From NCBI GenBank assembly GCA_964602635.1, contig CAZRRU010000131.1, positions 37,320-101,319 of the forward strand: a DNA stretch of 64,000 nt, given 5' to 3'. The notes beneath the pieces were generated by a model. The model did no database searches. It was not told the origin of the DNA and worked only from the letters and a program-made list of their open reading frames with translations. Within the stretch, counting starts at the first letter, position 1. Each line of letters starts with the position of its first letter. Of this stretch, positions 19,228-29,746 are shown piece after piece. A program made the translations under genes and the position numbers. This DNA is from an uncultured Gemmatimonadota bacterium (GTDB taxonomy: Bacteria > Gemmatimonadota > Gemmatimonadetes > Palauibacterales > Palauibacteraceae).

Positions 19228-20673
19228 TCAGGCGTCCAGAGCCGCCCGGATCTCGTCCGCCTCTTCCGGGCTGGTGAGGATTCTGACCTCGGGGGCGCCC
19301 GCCGACGGTGCCAGTGCGCGCAGGGCCCTCTCCATGTAAATGCGTGCGTGCCTGCCGCGAGCATCCTGCAAGACCACGCCGTAGCCGCCATCGACCAGAC
19401 CCACGAAATCGCCGGCTTCGACCCGGACGCTGCCCCGCAGAGCCTTTACCACTTCCGGTCCGACGCTTTCGGGCACCAGGACCAGGCTCAGGTAGCCGAG
19501 GAAGGGCGACTGCAGGCGTTCTCCGACTTCGGCCGAAAACTCCTCGGGCTCGACCAGGTCACGAATCGGTCTGGGCCTGTAAGGATCTCCCGCGACCTGG
19601 CGGTCACCCGCGACGCAGGCCGCAGCCCTCCGGAAGCGAGACTTTAGCTCCCTGAGGACCACGTCCTGGCGGAGGATATCGTCGGCTCCGGCCTCCATCG
19701 CCCGGGCCCGGTCCGACGAGCGCAACTGCCCGCGAGACAGAACGACGAGGGCCCCGGCTACCAGGGGACGTATGGTCCGGCACGTCTGGATGGCTGAGTC
19801 GATTCCCGACCGCTCGACGACGATGCAGACACCGCCCCAGCGCTCGGCTTCGAGCATGGAGGGCAGCTGCTGCGGATCCCTCGTCTCTCGCACCTCGTAC
19901 TCCCGGCTCAGCCAGCCCTCCACGTCGCTCGACATCGCCTCGGTCATGCGAAGGAGGAGCAGCCTGCGTCGGTCGGCGTGGTCGACGTCCCCGGCTCGAC
20001 GGTCCAGCTGTTCGGAGGGCGCCGTCAGACCCTTTCCAGGCCGCACCTCGAGCGTCACGGAGCCCGCGCTCTCTACCGGAGGCCGGATCCGGCACACGGT
20101 GAGCTCCCGCAATCCGCTGCGAAGTCGACCGAAACGGAACACGCCGGTGGCACGCTGAACGACCCACTCGGTCGCGGGCGGAAGGTTCTCGTCCAGGTCG
20201 GTGACCGCAGTCGCCGCCACGGTCGCCCCGAATGACTCCTGCCATTGCAGAAAGGAGCCGGCCATGGCCGTTCCGGCCCTGGTCTCCCACAGGAGAGTCC
20301 CGGGATCGACGGCCAGGCGGCTCACCGGTCCTTCCAGGACCTCCGTCAGCTCGCCGAACGCTTCCTCGGGATCCGAAGCGCTGAGGATCCTCCTCGGGTA
20401 TTCGCCACGATAGCCCAGTACGCTCAGCCGGCCCTGTCTCCATGCCCGCTCCAGCCCCGTGAGCCCCCAGTGGTTCGCCTGCTCGAACAGCTCGTCAGGC
20501 GCATATCCACCAAGGAAAGCCAAGCGCTCGTCCGCATCGAGCCCCGCAGCGAGAAACTGCAGCAAAAAAGGCAGCTTGCCGGTCCCGGGAGCGCCGGCCA
20601 GCAGATACAGCCCTCCGGCCCTCAGCCCGCCAACCCGTTCGTCGAACGGCCCTACTCCACTGGAAATGATCAC
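19228..20673 (-). CDS. KaiC/RadA-like ATPase domain fused to a pseudo-receiver and a degenerate GGDEF-like domain
   Basis: N-terminus: GLRAGGLYLLAGAPGTGKLPFLLQF (P-loop with Leu in place of Ser/Thr), RLAVDPG (Walker B-like). Middle: receiver-like fold without the acidic pocket (VCIVVERSG, LVVLSRG, AGADDIL). C-terminus: GGDEF-like with DGGYG in place of GGDEF. Confidence 0.6.
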   Translation of the reverse strand: MIISSGVGPFDERVGGLRAGGLYLLAGAPGTGKLPFLLQFLAAGLDADERLAFLGGYAPDELFEQANHWGLTGLERAWRQGRLSVLGYRGEYPRRILSASDPEEAFGELTEVLEGPVSRLAVDPGTLLWETRAGTAMAGSFLQWQESFGATVAATAVTDLDENLPPATEWVVQRATGVFRFGRLRSGLRELTVCRIRPPVESAGSVTLEVRPGKGLTAPSEQLDRRAGDVDHADRRRLLLLRMTEAMSSDVEGWLSREYEVRETRDPQQLPSMLEAERWGGVCIVVERSGIDSAIQTCRTIRPLVAGALVVLSRGQLRSSDRARAMEAGADDILRQDVVLRELKSRFRRAAACVAGDRQVAGDPYRPRPIRDLVEPEEFSAEVGERLQSPFLGYLSLVLVPESVGPEVVKALRGSVRVEAGDFVGLVDGGYGVVLQDARGRHARIYMERALRALAPSAGAPEVRILTSPEEADEIRAALDA

Positions 20674-20746
20674 CGTGCGTCACCTGTCCGGAGTTCTCAC
20701 GTGCCTGTTCCCACAGGAATTGTCACCCGTGAGGCACCTTTGACAA

Positions 20747-20774
20747 GGGCCGGCCTCCACCTGGAGACCGGCCC
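20747..20774 (-). terminator. GC-rich hairpin downstream of the POT permease gene (candidate terminator, weak U-tract)
   Basis: GGGCCGG-C-CTCCA-CC-TGGAG-A-CCGGCCC forms 7+5 bp. It begins about 50 nt after the stop at 20825 on the minus strand. The following sequence TTGTCAAAGG is only weakly U-rich. Confidence 0.4.
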
Positions 20775-20824
20775 TCGACACAACATCCCCGGCCGGCGCC
20801 GCCGCCGCCGAGAAGGCACGTGGG

Positions 20825-22348
<1,524 letters not shown>

Positions 22349-22462
22349 CAGCTCGTTTGCCTCCTGATCGGTGAAACGAACAGCGGCGGGCAGTCTCGGC
22401 CCGCCGTTTCTGGAATGGTCGAAGCGACCAATATCGTTGCGCTGGCGCCCCGGGAGCAAGTT

Positions 22463-23533
22463 TCAGCCGCGGCCAACCTCTGCCAGAAACCGGATCGCCA
22501 CGTCTCGCCACCCGAACTGCCGCCATCGGACTGCGCCCGCCGCTGCGAGCCGGGCTCGAAGGGACTCATCGCTCAGGAGGCGGGTGAGGGCTGCCGCGAG
22601 GCCCTCCGCGTCGTCCGGCTCCACGAGAAGCGATACCTCACCGTGCGGTGCCGTTTCGGGTACGGCCGCACAGTCCGCGGCCACGATAGGCAAGCCGGCG
22701 GCCATCGCCTCCAGGAACACGATGCCGAAACCCTCCTGCCGCGATGGAAGACAGAACACGTCCGCACGACACAGCTCGGAGCGGATCTCGTGAGCGCCTA
22801 CGACGGAGCCCACGAAAGTGACCGTATCGCCGAGGTCCAGCGATGTAGCGAGCGCCTTGAGACGCGGGAGCTCCGGCCCGTCGCCCACGACTCTGAGCTG
22901 AACACCCGCGATCGACTGGCGCACGACAGCCATCGCTCGCACCAGCACGGCGGTGTTCTTGCGCCGGTACTGGCGGGCCACACTGACGACGGAAGGTGGA
23001 CCCTCGGTCCGGGGGCACTCGGGCCACAGCCCGGACCAGCTGTCGAGATCGATGCCTTCCGGTACCACGCCCACTCGCTCGGGATCCAGATCGTAGGCAA
23101 CGGTTGCGGCCCTGCGACTGTGATCGCTCGTGACGATCACCCGGTCCGCCCGGCGCGCGTTTCTTCGCTCGAGCCGGGAGAGAATGCGGAAGCGAGTCCG
23201 GTTCCAGCCAGCTTCGTACCGGAGCTCGTCGGCCATCACCCCCTTGAGAGCGACCACGTAGGGAGTCGCGGAATCGGCGAGGAAGCACCCGTCCAGGTCG
23301 AAGCCGACGATCAGGTCGGCCGGCAAGCGAGGCACCCGGAACCGAAGGTCGAGGTTGGCCGCCAGCCGAGTCAGGTCCTCCGTCAGAAGGTGGCGGCGCG
23401 GCCGGAGAACCGTGACCCGGTGTCCGAGGGAGCGCATTCCGCCGGCGAGGCCGGCGATGGCGACGGCGGATCCACTCCCCCGCGCCCGATCCGGGAACCA
23501 GGTATCCAGGAAGAGGATGTCCAGCGTATCCAC
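22463..23533 (-). CDS. Glycosyltransferase family 4 (GT-B)
   Basis: N-terminal GSGSAVAIAGLAGGMRSLGHRV; C-terminal PSRQEGFGIVFLEAMAAGLPIVA (E-x7-E region). Confidence 0.85.
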   Translation of the reverse strand: MDTLDILFLDTWFPDRARGSGSAVAIAGLAGGMRSLGHRVTVLRPRRHLLTEDLTRLAANLDLRFRVPRLPADLIVGFDLDGCFLADSATPYVVALKGVMADELRYEAGWNRTRFRILSRLERRNARRADRVIVTSDHSRRAATVAYDLDPERVGVVPEGIDLDSWSGLWPECPRTEGPPSVVSVARQYRRKNTAVLVRAMAVVRQSIAGVQLRVVGDGPELPRLKALATSLDLGDTVTFVGSVVGAHEIRSELCRADVFCLPSRQEGFGIVFLEAMAAGLPIVAADCAAVPETAPHGEVSLLVEPDDAEGLAAALTRLLSDESLRARLAAAGAVRWRQFGWRDVAIRFLAEVGRG

Positions 23534-23542
23534 GAGGCGGGT

Positions 23543-23899
23543 CTACAGCCGATCGATGCGAGCCGCGAGGATGAAGTCGCTTTCCGTGAGGCCGTCGATC
23601 TTATGAGTGAAGATCTCGATCTCGACCCGCCCCCAGCTGAGGCGGATATCCGGGTGATGGCCTTCGGATTCCGCCAACTCGCCCACCCGGTTCGTGAACT
23701 CGAGTGCGGTCAGGAAGTCCGGGAATGAGAACACCTTGTGCAGGTGGTGCTCCTCCACGACCTGCCACCCGCCATCAAGCTCGGTTTGCAGCGCTCGCAG
23801 CTTGTCCCCGGCCAGCGGCGGTACGCCTCCACGGCAGGGAACGCAGTGCCTGGAGGATAGTGTGTCGCTCAACGAACGCTCCTTTCGATGGCGCGGCAT
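23543..23899 (-). CDS. phhB: Pterin-4-alpha-carbinolamine dehydratase
   Basis: GWQVVEEHHLHKVFSFPDFLTALEFTNRVGELAESEGHHPDIRLSWGRVEIEIFTHKIDGLTESDFILAARID. Start set at the internal ATG at 23899, which clears the upstream gene. Confidence 0.85.
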   Translation of the reverse strand: MPRHRKERSLSDTLSSRHCVPCRGGVPPLAGDKLRALQTELDGGWQVVEEHHLHKVFSFPDFLTALEFTNRVGELAESEGHHPDIRLSWGRVEIEIFTHKIDGLTESDFILAARIDRL

Positions 23900-23918
23900 T
23901 CGGCCAACGCACGGATGT

Positions 23919-25499
23919 TCAACCGACGGACTGATCTTCAGCCGCGGCCGCCTCGGATGCGAGCACGACGCGGTTTCGTCCAAGGCGCTTCGCTGCGTAC
24001 AGGGCCCGGTCGGCCGACCGCAACAGAGACTTCGGGTCGTCTCCGTCTTCACGGAAGAAGGCGACGCCCAGCGAGGCGGTCAGGTCCACCGGTAGGGGAG
24101 GGTCCTCCTCCAGGATCAGGTCGTCGATTCTGGTCCTCAGGCGCTCAGCGATACTGAGCGCCAGCTCGCGGTCGGCCCGGATGAGCAGGATCGCGAATTC
24201 CTCCCCGCCGATGCGGGCGATCTGGTCGCTGTCGCGAACGCTCTCCCGCAGCGTGCGGGCCATTGCCTGCAGGCATCGGTCGCCCGCCTGATGGCCGAAC
24301 CTGTCGTTCACGGACTTGAAGTGGTCGACATCGAGGAACACCAGGGCCAGAGGCTCATCGTAGCGCGCTGCCCGTCGGACGTTCTCCTCCAGCTGCTGGT
24401 TGAAGTGCCGCCGGTTGAACAGCCCCGTCAGGGCGTCGGTGATGGCGAGCCGGCGGGTTTCCTCGAGCAGTTGGGCACTCCGGATTACCTCCGCCGTCTG
24501 GCGTGCGATCACGGTAAGCGTCTGCACGTGCTCGTCACTGAACGCGTGCGGCTCCACCGATTCCGCGTTGAACACACCGATGATCGCGCCGTCCGCGATC
24601 AGGGGGACGGCCACTTCGCTTCGGGCCCCCGGCACGCCCGGGATGTACTCCTCATCGTCCCCGAGGTGCTCGATGTCATGCACGATCTGGGTGACGCCAG
24701 TCTCGGCGCACCGTCCGGTGATGCCCTGACCGAGCGGGATCTCCATGAACTTGACGGAGGCCTGGTATCCCTGGCCCGCGGCCATGCGCAGGGTCTTCTC
24801 CCGGTCGTTGAGCAGGAGGATCGCCGACTGTCCCTGCGGAATGACCTCACCGGCGATTTCGAGCATGGAGTTCAGTGTCGCTCCCAGCGCGCCCACTCCG
24901 CTGGCCAGATTCGAGATCCGGTACAGGGCGCTCAACTGCTCGATCCGCTGGCGCAGCTGAGCCTGGGCGTGAAAGGCCAGAATTCCCAACGCGGCCTGAG
25001 TGCCGAGAACGGTGAGGAGCTTCTCGTGCTCAGGTGTGAACGCGTACAGGCGCTCCGACTCGACGAGGATCACGCCGGTGACGCGATTCCCCACGATGAG
25101 CGGTATGGCCAGGTTCGACCGCGCCTCGTCGTGTCCTGGCCTGTAGCGCGGATCCTGCGATACGTCGCCCACCCGTACCGCTTCGCGGTTCGCCGCTGCC
25201 CACCCGGCGATGCCATCGCCGACGGCCAGCGATGCCCCCCACACATCCGTCGCCCGGTCCCCATACCCGGTGAACTGCTCAACCGCCAGTCTGCCGGTCT
25301 CTTCGTCGACCAGCAGGACCGCCCCGTGTTCGAATCCGATTAGCTCCCGGCCGCGCTCGAGCACCTCGGTGAGAAGCTGGTCGAGCGAGGCGTGAAGTCC
25401 CAGAGCCCTGGTGCTTTCGTACAGCGCGTCCAGGGTGCCCAGTGCCTTGCCGGTCCGCGGCCCGTCTCCCTTCACGAATCCTCCATCGGAGTCCGTCAC
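23919..25499 (-). CDS. Diguanylate cyclase, GAF-GAF-GGDEF
   Basis: Two GAF-like sensor modules, then DALTGLFNRRHF and ARIGGEEFAILL (intact GGEEF) with an RDSD I-site motif five residues upstream. The GTG start overlaps the USP stop (GTGA). Confidence 0.92.
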   Translation of the reverse strand: MTDSDGGFVKGDGPRTGKALGTLDALYESTRALGLHASLDQLLTEVLERGRELIGFEHGAVLLVDEETGRLAVEQFTGYGDRATDVWGASLAVGDGIAGWAAANREAVRVGDVSQDPRYRPGHDEARSNLAIPLIVGNRVTGVILVESERLYAFTPEHEKLLTVLGTQAALGILAFHAQAQLRQRIEQLSALYRISNLASGVGALGATLNSMLEIAGEVIPQGQSAILLLNDREKTLRMAAGQGYQASVKFMEIPLGQGITGRCAETGVTQIVHDIEHLGDDEEYIPGVPGARSEVAVPLIADGAIIGVFNAESVEPHAFSDEHVQTLTVIARQTAEVIRSAQLLEETRRLAITDALTGLFNRRHFNQQLEENVRRAARYDEPLALVFLDVDHFKSVNDRFGHQAGDRCLQAMARTLRESVRDSDQIARIGGEEFAILLIRADRELALSIAERLRTRIDDLILEEDPPLPVDLTASLGVAFFREDGDDPKSLLRSADRALYAAKRLGRNRVVLASEAAAAEDQSVG

Positions 25500-26416
25500 G
25501 CGAGCAGTGACTTCCCGAACGTCTTGACCGTGAGCACCGGTCGATCGGCGCGTCGGACGACCTTCTCGGTCACGCTGCCGAGCAGGACGTGCGCGAGGGC
25601 CCCCAGACCGTGCGTCGCGATAACGATCAGGTCAGCCGGGATGTCCCTCGCGACCTCGAGGATGTCCCCGACGGCGGAGCCCTCCCGAACACGAATTTCG
25701 GACTCTACATCGGCTCCCGCCCGCGTCGCCACGCCTAGCAGCGCCTCGCGCAGGCTGCCCTCCAGCACGCGAAAATCCGGGATCGTGGACGGTCCGCCGC
25801 CGAGATACACTTCCGGGGTCACCGGCTGCTCGAAGACGTGCAGCAAGTGCAGGCGAGCCCCATAGGCCCGGCAGATCTCTCTCGCGTGCTGCGCCGCGAC
25901 CTCCGAGTGCGGAGAAAAATCCACCGGGACCAGGACGTTCGCGATCCGTGAGGGGGCCGCAGTTCCGATGCCGCCGCGGATCGTGAGGACGGGACACGAG
26001 GACAGCCGCACAACCTCCTCGGTCACGCTACCCAGCAGAGCGTGACTCAGTCCCCGTCTGCCATGAGTACTCATGACGATGACGTCGGCGTCGACCTCCT
26101 CCGCATACTCGAGAATCACCGGAGCGGCTGACATTCCGCGACGCTGCGCCCGGATCACTTCGATCTCTTCTGCCCGACTCGTTTCCAGTTGATTCGCCAT
26201 CCGATCCTCGGCGATCTCCTCGAGGCGGACCCGGATCTCCTCGGCATCCGGGAAGTGGTGCGCGGGGTCGTTCGGGTCATCCGCGTGCAGGACGACCGCG
26301 TGCAGCATGTGGAGAGCCGCTCCATGCTTCTCGGCGAGCGCCAAGGCGTGGTCAAACGCTACGTCCGCCTGATCCGAGAAATCGGTCGCGAATAGAATTG
26401 TCTTCAGTGCCAGCAT
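25496..26416 (-). CDS. Universal stress protein, tandem Usp domains
   Basis: Two repeats of ILFATDFS...HVL.../VMSTHGRRGLSHALLGSVTEEVVR and VIATHGLGALAHVLLGSVTEKVVR (ATP-binding G-2x-G-9x-G-S/T). Confidence 0.9.
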   Translation of the reverse strand: MLALKTILFATDFSDQADVAFDHALALAEKHGAALHMLHAVVLHADDPNDPAHHFPDAEEIRVRLEEIAEDRMANQLETSRAEEIEVIRAQRRGMSAAPVILEYAEEVDADVIVMSTHGRRGLSHALLGSVTEEVVRLSSCPVLTIRGGIGTAAPSRIANVLVPVDFSPHSEVAAQHAREICRAYGARLHLLHVFEQPVTPEVYLGGGPSTIPDFRVLEGSLREALLGVATRAGADVESEIRVREGSAVGDILEVARDIPADLIVIATHGLGALAHVLLGSVTEKVVRRADRPVLTVKTFGKSLLA

Positions 26417-26437
26417 TCCGGTGCTCCGGCGGCGCCC

Positions 26438-27754
26438 CTAGCGGGGGGCGCCGAAGGTGACTTCCATCTCGACCCGCTCGCCGCCACGAACGACCACGAC
26501 CGGCGCTGTGTCACCGGGGTTGGCCTCGGACAGCACGACCATGTAGTCCTGCACGCTGGCGATCTCCATCTCGCCGATCTGGACGATGATGTCGCCTCGT
26601 CGCAGGCCCGCTGCTTCGGCCGGACTGTCCGGCCTCACGTCGGACAGGAGAAGTCCCGGCGAGCCGTCCGACGGTCCCGCGTAGTCAGGGATCGTGCCCA
26701 GGCGCGCCTTGAGCGCCATGCGCCGTTGCGGTCCATCGGACGTCTTCACCAGGGTCAGCTCGCCGGGGCGATTCGCCACGGAGCCGGCCACGTCGGAGAC
26801 CAGCCAGGCCACCCGCACCGCTCCCTCGGCATTGATGAGGTCGGCGTCATCCGAGGGCTTGTGATACTCGGAGTGTGTACCTGTAAAGAAGTGCAGGACC
26901 GGGATGTCGGCAGCGAAGAACGCCGACTGATCCGAGGACCCGAAACCGTCACCGCCGATCGAACACTCGAAACCGTAGCGGTCGCAGAGCGGGCCCACCA
27001 GGTCGTCCCACTCCTCCGCCGAATCTCCTCCGAGTACGGACAGCCTCTCGTCCCGCAACCGCCCCACCATGTCCATGTTGAGCATCGCGATGACGTCCTC
27101 CATCGCGAGTCCGTCGGGCGGCGCGCGCACGATGTTGCTCGCGCCGACGAGACCTCGTTCCTCGGCCGAGAAGGCCATGACCACGACGTCACGCTTCAGC
27201 TGACCGCGGCGCTCCTGCAGCTGCCGGGCCGCCTCGAGGAGGGCGGCCGCGCCCGAGGCGTTGTCATCCGCGCCGTTGTGGATGGCCCGTGAATCCGGTT
27301 CGAGTGAGCCCTCCCCGCCGAAACCCAGGTGATCGTAGTGCGCCCCGATCAAGACCACGCCTTCCAGCTCGCCGTTGCCCCCTATTCGCCCCATCACGTT
27401 GAACGCGTAGACGAAACCCTTCTGGGCGTGCGGGTTGGAGGGATCGGCGATGGGTACGCCGAACACGTGCCGATATCCGCCATCGTCTCCGGCCGGCTCG
27501 AGTCCGATATCCTTGAACTGCTCTTCCAACCACAGTCCGGCCTTGGCCAGACCCTCGGAACCCAGTCCGCGGCCCTGACGAGCGTCGTCCGCGAGCCAGT
27601 AGACGTTTGCCGAATAACGCTTTGCCGCTCCCTCGACTCCGCTGGAAATGCGTTCCGATCCGTCGGTCTGGGCGCCAGCCGCCGACGCCGTCAGCAGGAC
27701 CATTCCCGCCAGGAGCGCCGTTCGATTCCTGCTATTCCCTGCAAAGAGTGACAT
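26438..27754 (-). CDS. M28 family zinc peptidase with C-terminal PDZ domain
   Basis: Signal peptide; GAHYDHLG, DDNASGAAALLE, FSAEERGLVGA (M28 metal ligands); PDZ (GLRRGDIIVQIGEMEIASVQDY). Start set at the ATG at 27754, after GGAGG. Confidence 0.85.
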   Translation of the reverse strand: MSLFAGNSRNRTALLAGMVLLTASAAGAQTDGSERISSGVEGAAKRYSANVYWLADDARQGRGLGSEGLAKAGLWLEEQFKDIGLEPAGDDGGYRHVFGVPIADPSNPHAQKGFVYAFNVMGRIGGNGELEGVVLIGAHYDHLGFGGEGSLEPDSRAIHNGADDNASGAAALLEAARQLQERRGQLKRDVVVMAFSAEERGLVGASNIVRAPPDGLAMEDVIAMLNMDMVGRLRDERLSVLGGDSAEEWDDLVGPLCDRYGFECSIGGDGFGSSDQSAFFAADIPVLHFFTGTHSEYHKPSDDADLINAEGAVRVAWLVSDVAGSVANRPGELTLVKTSDGPQRRMALKARLGTIPDYAGPSDGSPGLLLSDVRPDSPAEAAGLRRGDIIVQIGEMEIASVQDYMVVLSEANPGDTAPVVVVRGGERVEMEVTFGAPR

Positions 27755-27877
27755 CACTTCCTCCGTATGCAATGACACAACCAAGAAGCGTAATCGAGAA
27801 AGCACCCGTCGCGGGTGCCGCCGTCAGTGCGGGCAAACTACATGCCGCGGCTCACTCGCGCTGCAGTTTGGGATCAA

Positions 27878-29746
27878 TCAGAACGCGCCGCCCCCCCCGC
27901 CCCCAAAGCCGCCCCCGGAGAAACCGCCACCCCCTCCACCCGAGAAGCCTGAGCCGCCGGAGCTCCGCGGGGCGGAGGTCATGGCAGTAGCCGCGTGCTG
28001 CGTCATGCCGGACAGGTCGTTGACGAAGATGGTCGGGTGGAAACCGCGGTGTCCGCTGCCGTGATACCAGTCCGGAGGCTCCTTGTAGATGTCCGCGAAG
28101 GCCGCGGCCCACTTCTTCTCTACGCCGAGAGCCATTGCGTACGGAAGATAGCGCTCGAACATCTCCGGTCCGGTGATCATGCGCTTGAACCGGTCCGACT
28201 CGACCCGATTGAGGAACTCCTCGAATCCGAGCGCGGCTTCGAGCGCCCGTGTCCCGGCGACGGTGCGAGCCGGCATGAAGATTCCGAAGCCGAGCACTAC
28301 CGCGCCGGTCAGAACTCCGGCCAGAATCGTCGTCAGGGGAGCCATGCCGAATCGGGTGCCGAGTGCGGTGCCTCCGGCGCCCACCAGGAGGCCGATCGCG
28401 ATCGCGGCCCCGACCCAGAAGCCGAGGACCCGGTCGGGCCGGCTCCGGTAGTACTTGAGCTCCATGAGCTCGGCGAAGATCCGGTCTTTGATCTTCGGCA
28501 GGTCCTTGTAGAACTCGTTCTCGAGGTCCGACATGTGGACCCGGTCCCCGGCGGCCGGTGACCCAAACACCCCCCGGAGCAGCTTGCGCTCGTGACTTTT
28601 GAGATCCGAAAGGGCGTCGCCAGCCCTGCGCAGCTCCAGCACGTAGTCCGTTTCCTTGATCAATCCGAGGAATTTCTCCTCTTCGATCTCCTCGATGATC
28701 AGGTACCCGCGAACAGCGAGGTCCACCAGCATCGCGGTGACGTCCCGCAGGTCCGGCCGGTTGTCCACCAGGACACCGACCTCCGACGGAGTCAGGCCTT
28801 CCGGCGGCTCGTACATGGGCGCGATCGGCCGTCGTTCGGGGTCCTTACCGTGCTTCAGCCACAAGCGTCTCATCACGAACACGGCGAGGAGCGGAATCAG
28901 GAGCGGCCAGTTACTCCGGAAGAACCTGCGGATCCGGTCCCAGAGCGTGGGCCTGCGTATGAGATGCTCGCCGGAGGCTCCTGCCGGTTCGCCGATGAAC
29001 GAGTCCCAAGCGATGGTCACCGTCAGGCCCTCGTGTATCCCGAGCCCCCGGGTCGAGGCGACGTCCACCAGGTAGTCGGAGACCTCCACATCCACGGATT
29101 CCTCAGTGGACCCGTAGCGACCCGTGAAGCCGCGCGCGCGCACGCCGGTCACGGCGGCGGGAAGCCGCACGCGGACACTGGCCCGATCGATGGGGACCGG
29201 CCACTCGTCCCCGGTGACGTTCCAATACAGCTCGTCCCACGCCTGGTCGTCCTCGTCGAAGAAACGCACGGCGTTGTCCACGCTGTATCGGATGACCACG
29301 GTGCGCACCGCATCCGAAGCGCCCGGCACCCACACCTTGATCTTGCGATAGTGCCGCTCGCGGCTGATCTCGTGGCGCAGGGCCTGTCCGGAGCCGTCCT
29401 CTACCGCTTGCACCTCTAGGCCCAGCGTGTAGTTCAAGTTGGCGCGAGTGGTATACTGGATCGGAATCGTCCGGAAGATCCCGTTGTACGAGCCCTCGAA
29501 CTGGACCTTCAGGGTCTCGACGACCTCGATGTCTCCGCTGCGCTGGACGTGAACCTCGGCGTGGAAGTCCTCGATATGCCAGGAACGGATGGTTGGGGCA
29601 GGGCGGTCCGCGGCCCGGTGACCGACCGCCGCACGGACGGTCGCCACCGACCCCACCGCCAGCAATCCCGCCGCGAGCGCAAGGAGGGTGGCCCGGCGCG
29701 GGCAGGTGAGTCTCACAACTGAAACACCCGGCTCAGGTCTCGCCAT
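27878..29746 (-). CDS. DUF2207-domain membrane protein with Gly-rich C-terminal tail
   Basis: Signal/anchor, beta-rich ectodomain (IRSWHIEDFHAEVHVQRSGDIEVVETLKVQFEGSYNGIFRTIP), three TM helices, tail GGSGFSGGGGGGFSGGGFGGGGGGAF. Start set at the ATG at 29746 (14-nt overlap with LemA). The longer ORF-track N-terminus is a read-on over lemA. Confidence 0.75.
   Translation of the reverse strand: MARPEPGVSVVRLTCPRRATLLALAAGLLAVGSVATVRAAVGHRAADRPAPTIRSWHIEDFHAEVHVQRSGDIEVVETLKVQFEGSYNGIFRTIPIQYTTRANLNYTLGLEVQAVEDGSGQALRHEISRERHYRKIKVWVPGASDAVRTVVIRYSVDNAVRFFDEDDQAWDELYWNVTGDEWPVPIDRASVRVRLPAAVTGVRARGFTGRYGSTEESVDVEVSDYLVDVASTRGLGIHEGLTVTIAWDSFIGEPAGASGEHLIRRPTLWDRIRRFFRSNWPLLIPLLAVFVMRRLWLKHGKDPERRPIAPMYEPPEGLTPSEVGVLVDNRPDLRDVTAMLVDLAVRGYLIIEEIEEEKFLGLIKETDYVLELRRAGDALSDLKSHERKLLRGVFGSPAAGDRVHMSDLENEFYKDLPKIKDRIFAELMELKYYRSRPDRVLGFWVGAAIAIGLLVGAGGTALGTRFGMAPLTTILAGVLTGAVVLGFGIFMPARTVAGTRALEAALGFEEFLNRVESDRFKRMITGPEMFERYLPYAMALGVEKKWAAAFADIYKEPPDWYHGSGHRGFHPTIFVNDLSGMTQHAATAMTSAPRSSGGSGFSGGGGGGFSGGGFGGGGGGAF

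Noticed and set aside
27891-27898. C8 (G8 on the coding strand) homopolymer as a phase-variation switch in the DUF2207 gene
   Set aside because: It encodes part of the poly-Gly tail within the last ~7 codons. A slip would alter only the extreme C-terminus, so an on/off switch is implausible.
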